A stretch of DNA of 15,335 nucleotides from Azolla caroliniana (Eukaryota > Plantae > Polypodiophyta), in assembly GCA_043228905.1 (NCBI GenBank), contig JBHGNT010000802.1, forward strand, positions 1 through 15,335, written 5' to 3'. The notes beneath the pieces were generated by a model. It worked only from the letters and a program-made list of their open reading frames with translations. It was not told the DNA's origin and made no database searches. Each line of letters begins with the position of its first letter. Within the stretch, counting starts at the first letter, position 1. Of the stretch, positions 1 through 10,814 are shown one piece after another. Position numbers and translations under genes: made by a program.

Positions 1-2
1 AC

Positions 3-1729
3 GTACTAAATCGACGGCAAGCTCGGTGGGCGCAATTCCTCACGCATTTCGACTTCAAAATCACATATCGACCGGGGAAGCAGCAAGGAAAAGCAGATGC
101 ACTATCACGACGTTCATATCTTGCACCTCGTCCTGGTGATCCAACATTTGATAATCAAAAGCAAGTAATCTTGGGACCAACACGATTGCACACGACGCAA
201 ATTTTTCACACCCCGATGGATTCACGGATTACCGATGACATACGTGCAAACTTGAAGACGGATAGTTTTGCTCAAGACATCCTGGCACACATTGATACTT
301 CTCGGGCATCCTGTTCTCAGTCTCAACAACCAGGTATTGACTACCGACAATTCGAATATCATGATGGTTTGTTATTCTTTAAAAAGCGCGTATATGTCCC
401 CGATTGCTCTTGTCGCCTTCAAATCGTCCAACATTGTCACGACACCCATACGTCGGGACATTTCGGTAGTACTAAGACGTTGGAGCTAGTGCAACGATCT
501 TTTTGGTGGCCCCACATGCGCCGTTTTGTCGACGACTACGTTCGGACCTGTGATGCTTGCTGCCGAGCAAAGATGTCATGACACCATCCATATGGCTTGT
601 TGGAACCCTTACCGATTCTAAGTAAGCCGTGGCAGTCTATTTGTCTTGATTTTATCACAGATCTGCCGGTCTCGCAGGGGTTCGATGCTATCTTAACTGT
701 CGTCGATCAATATACGAAGATGGCACATTTTGTTTCGTGTACTAGGGCCATCACTAGCGAGGAAACCGCCGCCCTAGTCATGCGTGAGGTATTTCGGCAT
801 CATGGCCTCCCAGACAGTATCATCAATGACCAAGGACCGCAATTTGTCTCAAAATTTTGGCAGCATCTCTTCAAGATGCTCAAGGTCTCTTGCAACCTCT
901 CCTCCGGCTACCATCCTCAGACCGATCGGCAGGCGGAACGAACAAACCAAACGCTGGAGCAATATATCAGGTGTTTCCTGAGTTATCAACAGGATGATTG
1001 GGCCGAGATTCTCCACTTTGCGGAGTTTGCGTATAATAATGTTGTTCACTCCTCCACTCGAGTCTCTCCCCATTCTACGCTTATACCGGTTCTCATCCTC
1101 GCTGGTCAGTGATCGACACCCCGGAGCTACCTACCAATCCTCGTGCCGGGGATCATTTGGACAGACAACGCAAGATCCAGACAGATCTCTCGACTCATCT
1201 TCGTCATGCTCAACAGACACAGAAGACTTACGCGGATCATCATCGGCTTCCCTCCTCTTTTGCCATCGGAGATCGAGTATGGCTCTTACGTCGTCACATC
1301 AAGACTACTCGACCGTGTGACAAGTTGGATTATCGACGACTCGGTCCTTTCCGTATTACGGGTAAGGTTAATGATGTCACATTTCGCCTCGATCTCCCTC
1401 CGTAGCTTCAGATACATCCGGTTTTCCATTGTTCTCTTCTTGAACCTTACAACGCAAACACCATTCCCAATCGTGTTACACCACCGCCGCCCCCGCTGGA
1501 GTTGGACGTCGGCCCGGAGTATGAAGTTGCTGCCATCCTCGATTCCAAACTTATTCGCAACAAACTTTATTATTTGGTCGATTGGCTTGGTTATAGTCCG
1601 AGCGAACGCACTTGGGAACCCGTCGAGCATGTTGCCAATGCTCAGGATCTGCTTGCTGATTTCCACCGAAAGTATCCGGACAAACCCGATCCGCAATCAG
1701 CGCTGACTCGTTCCACTCGTCATCTTTAA
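3..1729 (+). pseudogene. pol: Chromovirus pol C-terminus (RNase H end, integrase, chromodomain), disrupted
   Basis: Frame 3 reads [36 protein letters not shown]; HHCC (CHDT..GHFG..CDAC); DDE core (LDFITDL, INDQGPQF, AERTNQ); RLGPFRI; IHPVFH; chromodomain EYEVAAILD..YLVDWLGY..TWEP. In-frame stops at 579-581 and 1403-1405, and a frameshift near 1070. Confidence 0.95.
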
Positions 1730-1740
1730 GGGAGAGATAG
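1728..1740 (+). promoter_or_regulatory. Polypurine tract of element A
   Basis: AAGGGAGAGATAG between the pol stop and the TG that starts the LTR. Confidence 0.85.
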
Positions 1741-2191
1741 TGTTATGATATGGTAGGACTCGAACCCATAACCTTATGGTATATGGGTCGAGCTCTTAAC
1801 CATCACACCATCTATTTTAATTCATAGGATATTATTTTCATTTATGTTTTATTATAAGAAAGTAATGTATATTCAAGATTTCTTTGGAACATTCTAGAAG
1901 TTTCAGGATTACTCCTGACAACACTATAAAAGAAGGCACTAGGCATTATGTTGAACCAAATTGGTTCAACGTCAGTCTTAAGCCTCTTAGCCATTTTGTA
2001 CTTATCCTTCACATAATATATTGGCTGTTATCATCATCATCTCTCTCTCTCTCTCTCATCCTCGCTATCTCTCTTTTCTCTTCTCTCTTTCTCTCTCTCT
2101 CGGGAGTCTTACGCAGTCCCGTCCTCTTAGTACTAATAGTACTGCTCTTCTTTAGTACTAATTCCATCTCTGCTTAGTACTATTACTAACA
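1741..2191 (+). repeat. 3' LTR of element A (451 bp)
   Basis: TGTTA...TAACA inverted termini, follows the PPT, TATA-like CTATAAAA near 1925, CT-rich tract 2040-2100. GTGAC (2192-2196) is the predicted TSD; its partner is outside the window. Confidence 0.88.
1746..1817 (-). promoter_or_regulatory. tRNA-like (SINE-like) Pol III internal promoter module within LTR A
   Basis: Minus strand TGGTGTGATGG(TTAAG) A-box-like at 1810-1800 and GGTTCGAGTCC B box at 1766-1756, with tRNA-like 44-nt spacing. The acceptor stem does not pair, so this is not a functional tRNA. Confidence 0.55.
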
Positions 2192-2917
2192 GTGACGATG
2201 CCGATGGGAGTAGGACAAATGTGATACCTGGTGCTTGCACGGGAAGACTTAACGAACTAGGTGGAAGGCCGTGCACTGCAGACCAAGACAACCGCGGTGG
2301 TATGCCGGTTCCTGATCAAAGAGGTAGTGTGTCGGTACGGGTGCGTCAGGAGGATTGTGGCGGCCCGGGGAGAGCTGGATGCGCGGGAAGCTAAGGAGCT
2401 GTTCGACCGGCTAGGCGTCAAACTCTGCCTCACTATGGCGTACAATCCGTAGGCGAACGGAAAGGTAGAATGTGGGCACGGGCCGATCGTAATGGCGTCG
2501 GTGCGTGCATGCGGAGGGCAGGTCGGGAATTGGCCGTGGCTCCTTCCTTACGCACTATGGGCGGACCGAACTACGCACAGTTCGGTGACAGGGTTTATGC
2601 CGGCAGAGCTGATGTACGGACAGAAGCCGATCGACGAAGGCGACTGGGTCTTGGTATACGATAGCAGCCTCGACAATCAGCACAAGGCGGTGCGAAAGTT
2701 CGCTAGGACATGGTTCGGGCCCGACACGGTGACGAGCGCGAACGACAACGGCACGTACCACCTCGTGGAACTCGACGGGACACGGTTAGCGATGCCGGTG
2801 GCCGGGAAGCGGATCAAAGCGTTCAAGAAGCGGTTCGAAGACAAGCCGGAGCCTGCGAGCATGAGCGACAACAACGATCAGTTTGGGCCCGACGGAGAAT
2901 TTGAGAACGACGAGTGA
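2192..2917 (+). pseudogene. pol: Integrase core and C-terminus of family B, disrupted
   Basis: VTMPMGVGQM*YLVLAREDLTN*VEGRAL...AYNP*ANGKVE...YALWADRTT...ELMYGQKP...GDWVLVY...WFGP. Stops at 2222, 2258 and 2450; probable internal deletion near 2631. Confidence 0.9.
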
Positions 2918-2974
2918 ACCTGGTCTTCTTCGGTATCTACCCGTCTCTGGCGCATGCCGGTGGATGCGTGGTTT

Positions 2975-2986
2975 GGTGGGGGCGGA
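2975..2986 (+). promoter_or_regulatory. Polypurine tract of B1
   Basis: GGTGGGGGCGGA immediately before TGTCGTG; a homologue lies at 11288-11299. Confidence 0.75.
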
Positions 2987-3653
2987 TGTCGTGAAGAAAA
3001 CTGGGCATAGGCGAAATCGGAGAAAAAGGCGCATGAACCGGCTCTTACACGGATGGGCGCATGAATTGATATTTTGATATTGGATCAACTGATGTAAATA
3101 CTAGGTAGTGCACATTTATTAGGAGGGATCGTGCGTATCTCTGTCAGAAGGGACAGGGAATAAAGCGATTTGATTAGGGAAAGGGGGGGCACCCCTTTTG
3201 GGGGAACTATAAAAGAAGAGGAGAGAAGGAGGAAAGAAGGGGGGGGCGCGCGTTTGCGAGGACGAAGTGCTGTTGCAGAACCGAGTGCCGAGCTCTCTCT
3301 CCTTTGATCGTCGTTCTTTGCGGGTGTCGGGAGTTCGCTGCCTCTGCTTCGTGGACAGCCCGTGTGCTTCCAGCAGAGTCTCTCTCTCCCCTTTTCCCCT
3401 TTTGTTTCTTCGAGTCGTGTGGCTGTCGTCGGTGTGCGTGAGTAGAACCCCGTGTCAGGTCCATTACCGGGTTGCCGGTTGTAACTATTCGAGTTGTAAG
3501 CTATTGACTATAGTAATCGGATTCCTGTTTCCTTGCTCTTAATCTCTTCCTATGAGCTTGCATCTCTCTCTCTCTCTCTCTCTCACTCTCTCCTTGGTCC
3601 AAGACCCCCGTGGTCTCGCCTCTTCCTACACGCGAACGCGAAACTTCGTGACA
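2987..3653 (+). repeat. 3' LTR of B1 (667 bp)
   Basis: TGTCGTGAAG...CTTCGTGACA imperfect inverted termini; TATAAAA near 3208; shares GCGTATC, GAGGACGAAGTGCTG and TTGCCGGTTGTA blocks with the LTRs ending at 11268 and 12385; (CT)n at 3563-3590. Confidence 0.88.
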
Positions 3654-6047
3654 TAAAGTCCACCGGGCCAACTTACCCATGAGTGATGCTTTAGAGATCA
3701 GGTAAAGTAGCGCCGAATGGTCTACATGAAAGGAACATTTCCTCCCCAATAAATAGTGTCAGAACTTGGTGACACTGTAGATCATGCCTAAGGCTTCTCT
3801 TTCCATCGTTGAGTAATTACGTTCCGCCTGGGACAACTTCCGGCTGGCATAATACACGGGTTGGTACCACTTTGGTTCGATAAGCTGCATTAATGCGCTC
3901 CCAATTGCTATGTCGGACGCGTCTACGAATACGTGGAATTCCTTAGACCAATGCAGAGGTTGCACCACCGGTGCTTGTGATAGTAGTACTTTTAATGCCC
4001 GGTACGCCTTCTCCTCTATGTCCGTCCATTGAAACGGTGTCCAATGCACCGCAACATGCAATGGTGTGGCCAGGTCTACTAGATACCGGAGCATCCGGCT
4101 ATGCCACCGGATTTGTCCTAGGAACCGACTCAATGCTTTCGCCATGGTGGGTGCTGGTGCCTCCAAAATTGCTTTGACCTTGTTCGGGTCTATTACAATA
4201 CCGTCCTTGTTAACGATGTGGCCTAGTAATGCACCGCTTGACACACCGAACACGCATTTCGCCGGGTTAAGGCTTAACCGGTAAACCCTGCATTTCTCAA
4301 GACATAGTCGGAGGTATTGGAGGTATTCCCTTTCCTGGCTATACACGGCGAAATCGTCTAGGAACACCTGCATGAATGTTGGAATAAATTCTCTGAAAAT
4401 ATCCATGATTATCCGCTGGAAGGTTTCTGGCGCCGTTTTAAGTCCGAACATCATGACTACGGTGACGAATACTCCCCATTCGGTAACAAAAGCGGTTTTC
4501 TCCTGGTGGTCGGGGTGCATCCGGATCTAATTGTAGCCGCTGAACCCGTGCAAGAAACTATAAACTTCGTGACTGGCTATCGCATCCAGGACTCCATTCG
4601 TAAAAGGGAGTGGGAAGGCGTCGGTTACCGTTGCCGCATTCAACTTCCGGTAGTCGACACGTACCCTGATTTTTCCGTTCTTTTTTAGTACGACGACTAT
4701 CAGACTCAGCCATGTCGCCTTCTTGACCGGTCGGATGAACCCTACCCATAACAATTTGTCGCTTTCGTCCTTCACTTTTGCTGCATAGTTAGGGTTCATA
4801 CGGTAGCGTCGTTGCGCCACCGGCTTGGCATCCTTACTCAGATGTATATGGTGTTGATACAACTGAGGATCTAGCCCCTGCATGTCCTCGTAAGACCACG
4901 CGAACACATCCCGGAACTCCTTTAATAAGGTGATCATTGCTATCTTCCTTCCTGGAGTCATTTGTTTGGCGATGTGAACTGGTCTTGTGTCTTTTGTGGT
5001 CCCTAGGTTTACATCTTCCAGTTCAGAGGTTTTTACGTGTTGAGATACTACCAATTCCTTCTCCAAAGTTTCCTGCGCTTGCCGTAACTCTCTGATGGCT
5101 TCTTTTTCCGGTTCTTCAACGGCATACTCCAGTTGCATTATATATGGTGCCACTGCTTTGGCGACATCAATTTCAAATAAAGGTACAATTTTCGGATTCT
5201 CCTCTAAGTAATGATCGACCTCTTCATCAGCCAATCCTTCAAGCATATTGACACATTCCGCATACATCGGTGTTAGCTCCTTGTCGGTACTCGAACGTGG
5301 TAGTGTAGGTACTCGTACTTTCGCTTTGCCGCGCCGGAAAGTAATTATGTTTTTCCACCAGTTTTGCTTGATGTGCACTATTTTTAGCCATGGGCGGCCC
5401 AACAATAGTGGATATGCCCCTTGTGCATTGAGCTGGAGGACTATTGCCGAGATGCGAAATGTGTGACCTCTGATAGTCACTTCCAAATCTCGTATCAATC
5501 CGGTAGGTCTTATTGAACTTGTGTTCGCCATCCGGAGCCAAAACGGGCATGGCTCCCAGTCCTGGATTCCTAGGGTATTACAAGTTCGGAGGCTAATCAC
5601 GTTCACGTCGGATCCTCCGTCAATAATCGTTCCGGGTAGCTCTCGTCCCTTGACGATGGCTGTGATAGCCGGACTGCTCGTGTCCACTACCGTCGGTCCT
5701 TCCTCCGGATTAGAAAAGAACGTCGGAGCCGATGGCGTGTCAACCGCAGTCATTCCCGTCTTCAGTCCTTCCATAAACTGAGGTACTAACTGCAATAGCT
5801 GACCTAATGGCAGCGTGATTTGGCATTCTTGCAACGCCTGCCATGTTGGGTTTTCCGCCTGGTTATTACCGTTGGGCTCCTCTGGATTCTCCTTTTGTTG
5901 TTCCAGTTCTGCCACATTCCGCTCATTTTCCTTCTTTACCCATTCGGTGGCCTGCTTCCGGATGGCTTCTTGGGTTTCCCATTTCGTTGCTTTTCCTTTT
6001 GACCTCGTGGTCACTTGTTGTATGTCCGCGACATCCGCTACCACCAT
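3654..6047 (-). pseudogene. pol: pol of element C (protease, reverse transcriptase, RNase H), disrupted
   Basis: IIDGGSDVNVI protease; FAWSYEDM, RVDYRKLN, FSGYN*IRM, TAFVTEWG..MMFGLKTAP, VFLDDF RT motifs; VFVDASDIAIG, NYSTMEREAL, HVDHSAL RNase H. Stops at 4527-4529 and 3759-3761. Confidence 0.95.
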
Positions 6048-7633
6048 GTTTACCGCTGGTCACTTATCGTAGCTTTTCGCCGGACATTGGTTACTGTTGC
6101 TGGATTCTACTTTTGCTTTGGCACCCGGTTGAGGTACTGTTGTAAGTGCTTGGCCTTGGTCTACTTGGGTGCTTGGTGTACCCTTTTCCGAGTCCCGTTG
6201 GTGATCTCCTTTTTTATTGAAATGCCTTTTTTTGTTGAAATGCCTTTTGTTCCGGTAATCCTGTTAGGGACGGTCATCATACTTCCCATAGTCCTCCCTT
6301 CGTGGGTTGTAACCGAGGGAGTGATCCCGGTTGTATCGCTCATTCCGTTCCCCATTATAGTTTCGATATCTATCATATCTATCATACCGGTCGTGGTCAT
6401 AAGCGTCTCTTCGATCACTGTACCATACATCTTGTGCCGGTCGGTAACGCTCCTCTCGCCGCCAGCGCTCTTCTTCGTCCTCCTGGTTGCTCCATGGTTC
6501 GATTTGCCAGACCGGTGGCGCTTGCCGATTCAACAAGTTATACTCGCACCGATCCATTGTGTGGTTTCTGGAATAGCAAAGCAAGCATTGAGAACGCATG
6601 GTGCAGTCCAGCGCCGAGTGTTCGGCATTCAGGCAAGTCGTACATTGAATTTCTTGTCGAAATCGGAGGTCTTCATTGGTTGGTAATGTTCGTTGGAGTG
6701 CTCCCATCGTCAGCCACGAGCTGGAGTTTTCCATTTCCCTGACTCGGTCTATGACCTGGTCGACGGAGCTCGTGCGGAAATCAATGACTGTGCACACCGT
6801 TCGTAGGGGTCTCGGAGTGCTGCTAGGAATATCGCCTTTGTCTCTTCCTCGAGTGGTGCCCGACTGAGCTAGCTGTGCATTCATTGGAATCGGATTACAA
6901 ATTGTTGAATGTTCTCCGTGGGCTCCTGCCGGATGGTATAAAATAGGCCGACCATTTCCCATTGAACCACCTCTTTGTGAAAAAAGTGTAAAAATTTAGT
7001 TTTCAAGGCCTCAAACGTCGTGATGATGCTCGGATCTTGCGTCAAGCGCCGTCCTTCCAGGGTCATGCCAAACTTCGCCATCTTTGAGCGTTCTGTTTCG
7101 GCCGCAGTTAAGCGCTGTGACACATGATTCGCTTCCCAGGTCTGCTGAAATGCATAGACATGGGCCTCTGTGTCCGGATCATCCTGGTACTTGGGATATT
7201 GAAACAACATGTCGTCGTCCGGTGTTGGAATGCGGGCCGGTGGTGTCAGAGGTTTCTCCTCCTCCTCTGTCGGAGGTCTTTCTTCCTTTGTGGGAGGTCT
7301 TTCCTCCTCTGCTTCGGATGTTGAGGTTTGCTCAGTCCTTGTCCGGTCTGTGGCTTCCAGCTCTGTCAATTCTGGTTCCGGTGTCGGTAAGGTATCCGAT
7401 TCCTCGTCCGCCGGTCTATCTGGGGTGTCGTGACTGCTGCGGTAATTAGAATGAGCGCTATATTCACCGAACGAGTCCGATTCAAAGGACGAAAATGGTT
7501 CTGAATCGCCTTCTCCTGCCATTAATGCCTGCGGAAGGGATTCCGTTTCCCGAAGACTACTTAAGTTGCTTCCTTTGTCGGGGTGGAAATCTTGTTGCAA
7601 ATGGAGTGACTCCTCGGCCACTAGCCGGATCAC
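6048..7633 (-). pseudogene. gag: gag of element C, frameshifted
   Basis: Acidic/Pro-rich N-terminus, capsid-like segment (TFEALKTKFLHFF...IRQEPTENIQQFVIRFQ), and two CX2CX4HX4C knuckles (CTTCLNAEHSALDC 6644-6603; CLLCYSRNHTMDRC 6587-6546). Split over ORFs 6881-7633 and 6264-6962. Confidence 0.85.
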
Positions 7634-7794
7634 TTTGGAAAAAGATTGATCCGAACGAATCTCTTCCGCCGCCTACTGGAAGGCTTCTCGCTTCTGCAGC
7701 CGCTCAGCGAGTCTCCTTGCTCGATTTGTAACCGGTCCGCTTGTTGGTCTAGTCATCCATTCCCGCTGTTGTTCGCTGCGCTTATGCAAGAATC

Positions 7795-7804
7795 GTGGTC
7801 GCCA
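7795..7804 (-). promoter_or_regulatory. Primer-binding site of element C (tRNA-Arg-like)
   Basis: Minus strand TGGCGACCAC, 5 nt inside the LTR end, complementary to the recalled plant tRNA-Arg(UCG) 3' end ...GUGGUCGCCA. Confidence 0.7.
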
Positions 7805-7809
7805 AAAAC

Positions 7810-8235
7810 TGTGTTACTCCTAAGGTCTGGAAAATAGCCTAACACAAGGTGTCTACGGAAGACACTTCACCAAAGGGTGTTACGGTGAGATAGAGTTAGA
7901 CCGACGATTAATTAGACCTATATCGGTTACTTAAGCAAAATATGATGAATCTTAATATGCGCGTAATATAGGAAGTAATTAGCATAGAACGGTAATCAAT
8001 ACACAGAGATAAGGCAATAGAACTTTTATTAATTATCCATCCCCATTTACAATGTAACCGTGCCTTTTTATAGATCACCGGCTTTGCATACAAAATGGTG
8101 CCAACCGGCACACTACTATGAACCGGTCCGGATCCGGATCGGCATACCGATTCCAGTTCGTCCGTTCACTTCTCAAAGTATACTTAATTACTTAATATCC
8201 TAATAACAACTTCCGATTATTCCTGCCCTTTCACA
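7810..8235 (-). repeat. 5' LTR of element C (about 426 bp)
   Basis: TGTG...CACA termini, adjacent to the PBS; minus-strand TATAAAAAG near 8064-8072 and AATAAA near 8025. The outer boundary is less certain because no partner LTR is in the window. Confidence 0.7.
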
Positions 8236-8284
8236 TTCTGGATTGTCCTCCACTCCTTGTTGGATGGCGAACAGAGGGCCGAGG

Positions 8285-10508
8285 GGATTTTTAGAGAGGG
8301 TTATCAAGGCGTGGGGCGCGATAGTCCGGACACCACACATGTACCATAGATAGGAAATTTTGGTTCTCTGATAACGGAGGTTGTACTATAGCCGGCATCA
8401 GTGGCCGGGAAAAGAAGCGAGCAGAAGAAAGACTCAGGGCGTATGGAGTCCTCGGCCCTGGTGAAGAGATTGGCGGTGCCGTGGAGGCGGTCTCCTTCGA
8501 TGACACCTTGGGGGAATTGCGTGAGGTTGTCGAAGGAGGCCTTAGTAAAGACCGGGCAGTGCTGGTTAGTTCAGTGGAGATGTACGAAGTCATCGCTGAC
8601 TTCGGGGAAAAGGTTGGGTCTGGTCGGACGACCCGAGTGTATACCAGGTACAAGACCGTGGACCGGAAGGTGAGGCCAGTCGCGACACCTTTGCTGGAGG
8701 GCAGCGAAGAGCGGATAAAGGGGGTCGTGTTGGACCCAAGTTTATGGAAACCGGTAGGCATAGGGCACCGGTTCACCGACAAAACGTTACGGGAGCTCAA
8801 GGTCGGTGGGGGTGGGTTTCTACTGCCGGTGGAGGAGGACCGGTTTCGGAGGATACTCGGAAGGCACGGGAAAGCCTTCGCATTCTCGCCGGAGCTTCAT
8901 CGCAGACCACATTAATGATGCGCGGCTCACCTTCTCCGAGGTGAAATCGGTGTTCGGCCAATCGGAGATCCTAGTGGTCGGTCACCTTTGCGGGCCCTAC
9001 GACCGGAAACCGTCTCTAGCAAAGATAGAAGCCATCTCCGTAATGAAGGAAGAGTGCAAGTCGGTTACGGAGGTGCGAAGGTTCCTAGGTGCGTGCGCAT
9101 TCTACCACATCTGGATTCCGCACTACGCACACATCGCGGAACCACTTTATGGGTTGCTAAAGAAGGGGTGCAAATTTGAATTGGGCAAGGAGCATACGGA
9201 GTCGGTCCGGAGACTAAAGGAGGCGCTTACCGCAACACCGGCTCTCAGGAAAGCGGTTTATGGAAAGGAGATCCCCATCTACATAACGGTTGACACAAGC
9301 CCGACCGGGATCGGATGGGTGATCAATCAGGAGGACGAGTGCGGCGCGCGGTTCTCGATCCGGTTCGGGGCGAAGGTCCTCAGTGAGCGACAACGAGGGT
9401 ACACCCCAGTTAAGCGCGAACTATGGGGTATCGTTTCGGCGGTTAAGGCCGACACAGATTATCTTATAGGGACAGAGGTAATAATCGAGACGGACTGCCT
9501 ACCGATTCTCGGTATGATTTCCGGATGCAATTCTCAGGTGGATCGCGTACATCAAGTCGCTAAATCTGGAGATATGTCACATCTCCGGGAAGGACGGACA
9601 ATGCCATGGCCAACATGCTTTCGAGAGCACGGTTCGACGACAAGGACATCATGATTTTGGAAGACGAGGAAGTCGGCGTAGACTTCTTCGAGACGGCATA
9701 CATCACGAGGGAGAGGAGCCCTCCGGCGCTTAACGAATTTCACGAAGGCGAGTACGATGGGGAGTGGCTCCAGATCGGTAGGTTCCTGAAGACAATGACA
9801 CCAGACGCAGCGTGGACAAAGGAAGAGGCTAACCGGATCCAAAAGAAAGCTTACCGGTTCTTCTTACGGGACAGGAACGTATGGAGGCTCCCCAAGAAGC
9901 GAGGCGGTGTTCCACTCTGCGTAGTGGTGAGAAAGGACGAGCAAGAAAAGTTGTTAACGGCGTACCACGAGAGTCCTTGGGCTGGACACCGCGGGACCTG
10001 GGCCACGTTCGAGAAACTGAAAGAGAAGTATTGGTGGTTGGGGTTGTACCAGGATGTGTACCAATTCATGATGACATGTGAGGATTGTCAAATGCACTCC
10101 GCAATCTGGCATCAAGACGAGTTACACCCAACCTACCCGCCGACCATCCACTTCAAATGGATGGTGGACTTAGTGACAATGCCGATGGGAGTAGGGCAGA
10201 TGCGGTATCAGGTGCTTGCACAAGAGGATTTAACGAACCAAGTGGAAGGCCACGCACTGATGAACAAGACGATTGCGGCGGTGTGCCGGTTCCTGATCGA
10301 AGAGCTAGTGTACCGGTACAGATGCGTTGGGAAAATCGTGGGCACGTATCATCTCGCGGAGCTCAATGGGACGTAGATAGCGGTATTGTTAGCCGGCAAG
10401 AGGGTCAAGATGTTCAAGAAGCGACACGAGGATGAATCGGACTTGGTGAGCGATGGCGGCGGCGATGCTCGAATTGGGGAAGGTGAGGCTTCGGAAAACG
10501 ATGAGTGA
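8285..10508 (+). pseudogene. pol: pol of B2 (pre-RT spacer, RT remnant, RNase H, integrase) with multiple internal deletions
   Basis: YKTVDRKVRPV; RT core missing after FAFSPE; VRRFLGACAFY; ITVDTSPTGIG, KRELWG, ETDCLP RNase H; YHESPWAGH..CEDC zinc finger; WMVDLV integrase. The integrase core is deleted at about 10340; the frame ends SENDE*. Confidence 0.92.
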
Positions 10509-10574
10509 ACTAGGGTTGGTTTTTGCCAAGGTTATTCCTACCTGGCACGTACCGGTGGACGTACGGTTTGCTGG

Positions 10575-10814
10575 GAGATACGCATCGACTCCCTAGACAA
10601 TTAACACCCTTCCTAGTACATATGTACATCAGCCAATCTATTCCTAGCTATTTATAATTCATAACCACCCCTAGGAGGAATCAAGGGGAGGAGGCGTGAC
10701 CCAACCCTTTTCGCGTGTGGGTGTTTATGAATTATAAATAGCTAGGAATAGATCGGTTGATGTACATATGTACTAGGAAGGGTGTTAATTGTCTAGGGAG
10801 TCGATGCGTATCTC
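10575..10814. repeat. Long inverted repeat (96-bp arms, 48-bp spacer)
   Basis: 10575-10670 is the reverse complement of 10719-10814, with 3 mismatches by manual alignment. Confidence 0.95.

Larger units (their letters stand above)
1..2191 (+). mobile_element. Element A: 3' part of a Ty3/Gypsy chromovirus LTR retrotransposon (5' part outside the window)
   Basis: Domain order RNase H end, integrase, GPF motif, chromodomain, PPT, then an LTR bounded by TGTTA...TAACA. The sequence after 2191 switches abruptly to a different family's integrase. Confidence 0.95.
2192..3653 (+). mobile_element. Element B1: 3' end of a family-B Ty3/Gypsy retrotransposon (integrase remnant, PPT, 3' LTR)
   Basis: Integrase is homologous to 10170-10508; PPT at 2975-2986; LTR at 2987-3653. 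Confidence 0.9.
3654..8235 (-). mobile_element. Element C: 5' part of a non-chromovirus (Athila/Tat/Phygy-like) Ty3/Gypsy element, interrupted in RNase H by B1
   Basis: On the minus strand: LTR, PBS, gag, protease, RT, RNase H. The reading ...GKLARWTL is cut at 3654 by the B1 LTR end. Clade assignment is by motif impression only. Confidence 0.92.

Noticed and set aside
1502-1729. Standalone host chromodomain gene
   Set aside because: In frame with the integrase across a single CAG>TAG stop and directly followed by PPT and LTR.
1746-1817. Functional tRNA gene on the minus strand
   Set aside because: Acceptor and anticodon stems do not pair; only the promoter-box resemblance remains.
1884-2177. 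97-aa hydrophobic ORF
   Set aside because: Translation of the CT-rich LTR tract; non-ATG start and no domain.
3258-3272. Hammerhead ribozyme suggested by GAGGACGAA in all three B LTRs
   Set aside because: No CUGANGA core upstream, and the motif continues GAAG rather than GAAA; it is more simply a conserved LTR block downstream of the TATA box.
6015-6686. Hydrophobic 223-aa plus-strand ORF as an env-like or membrane protein
   Set aside because: It is the antisense of the purine-rich charged gag linker of element C and is in the wrong position for env.
8291-8800. Antisense ORF shared with 14675-15223 as a hidden gene
   Set aside because: The similarity follows from both being shadows of the same pol region in two copies; no recognisable domain and different endpoints.
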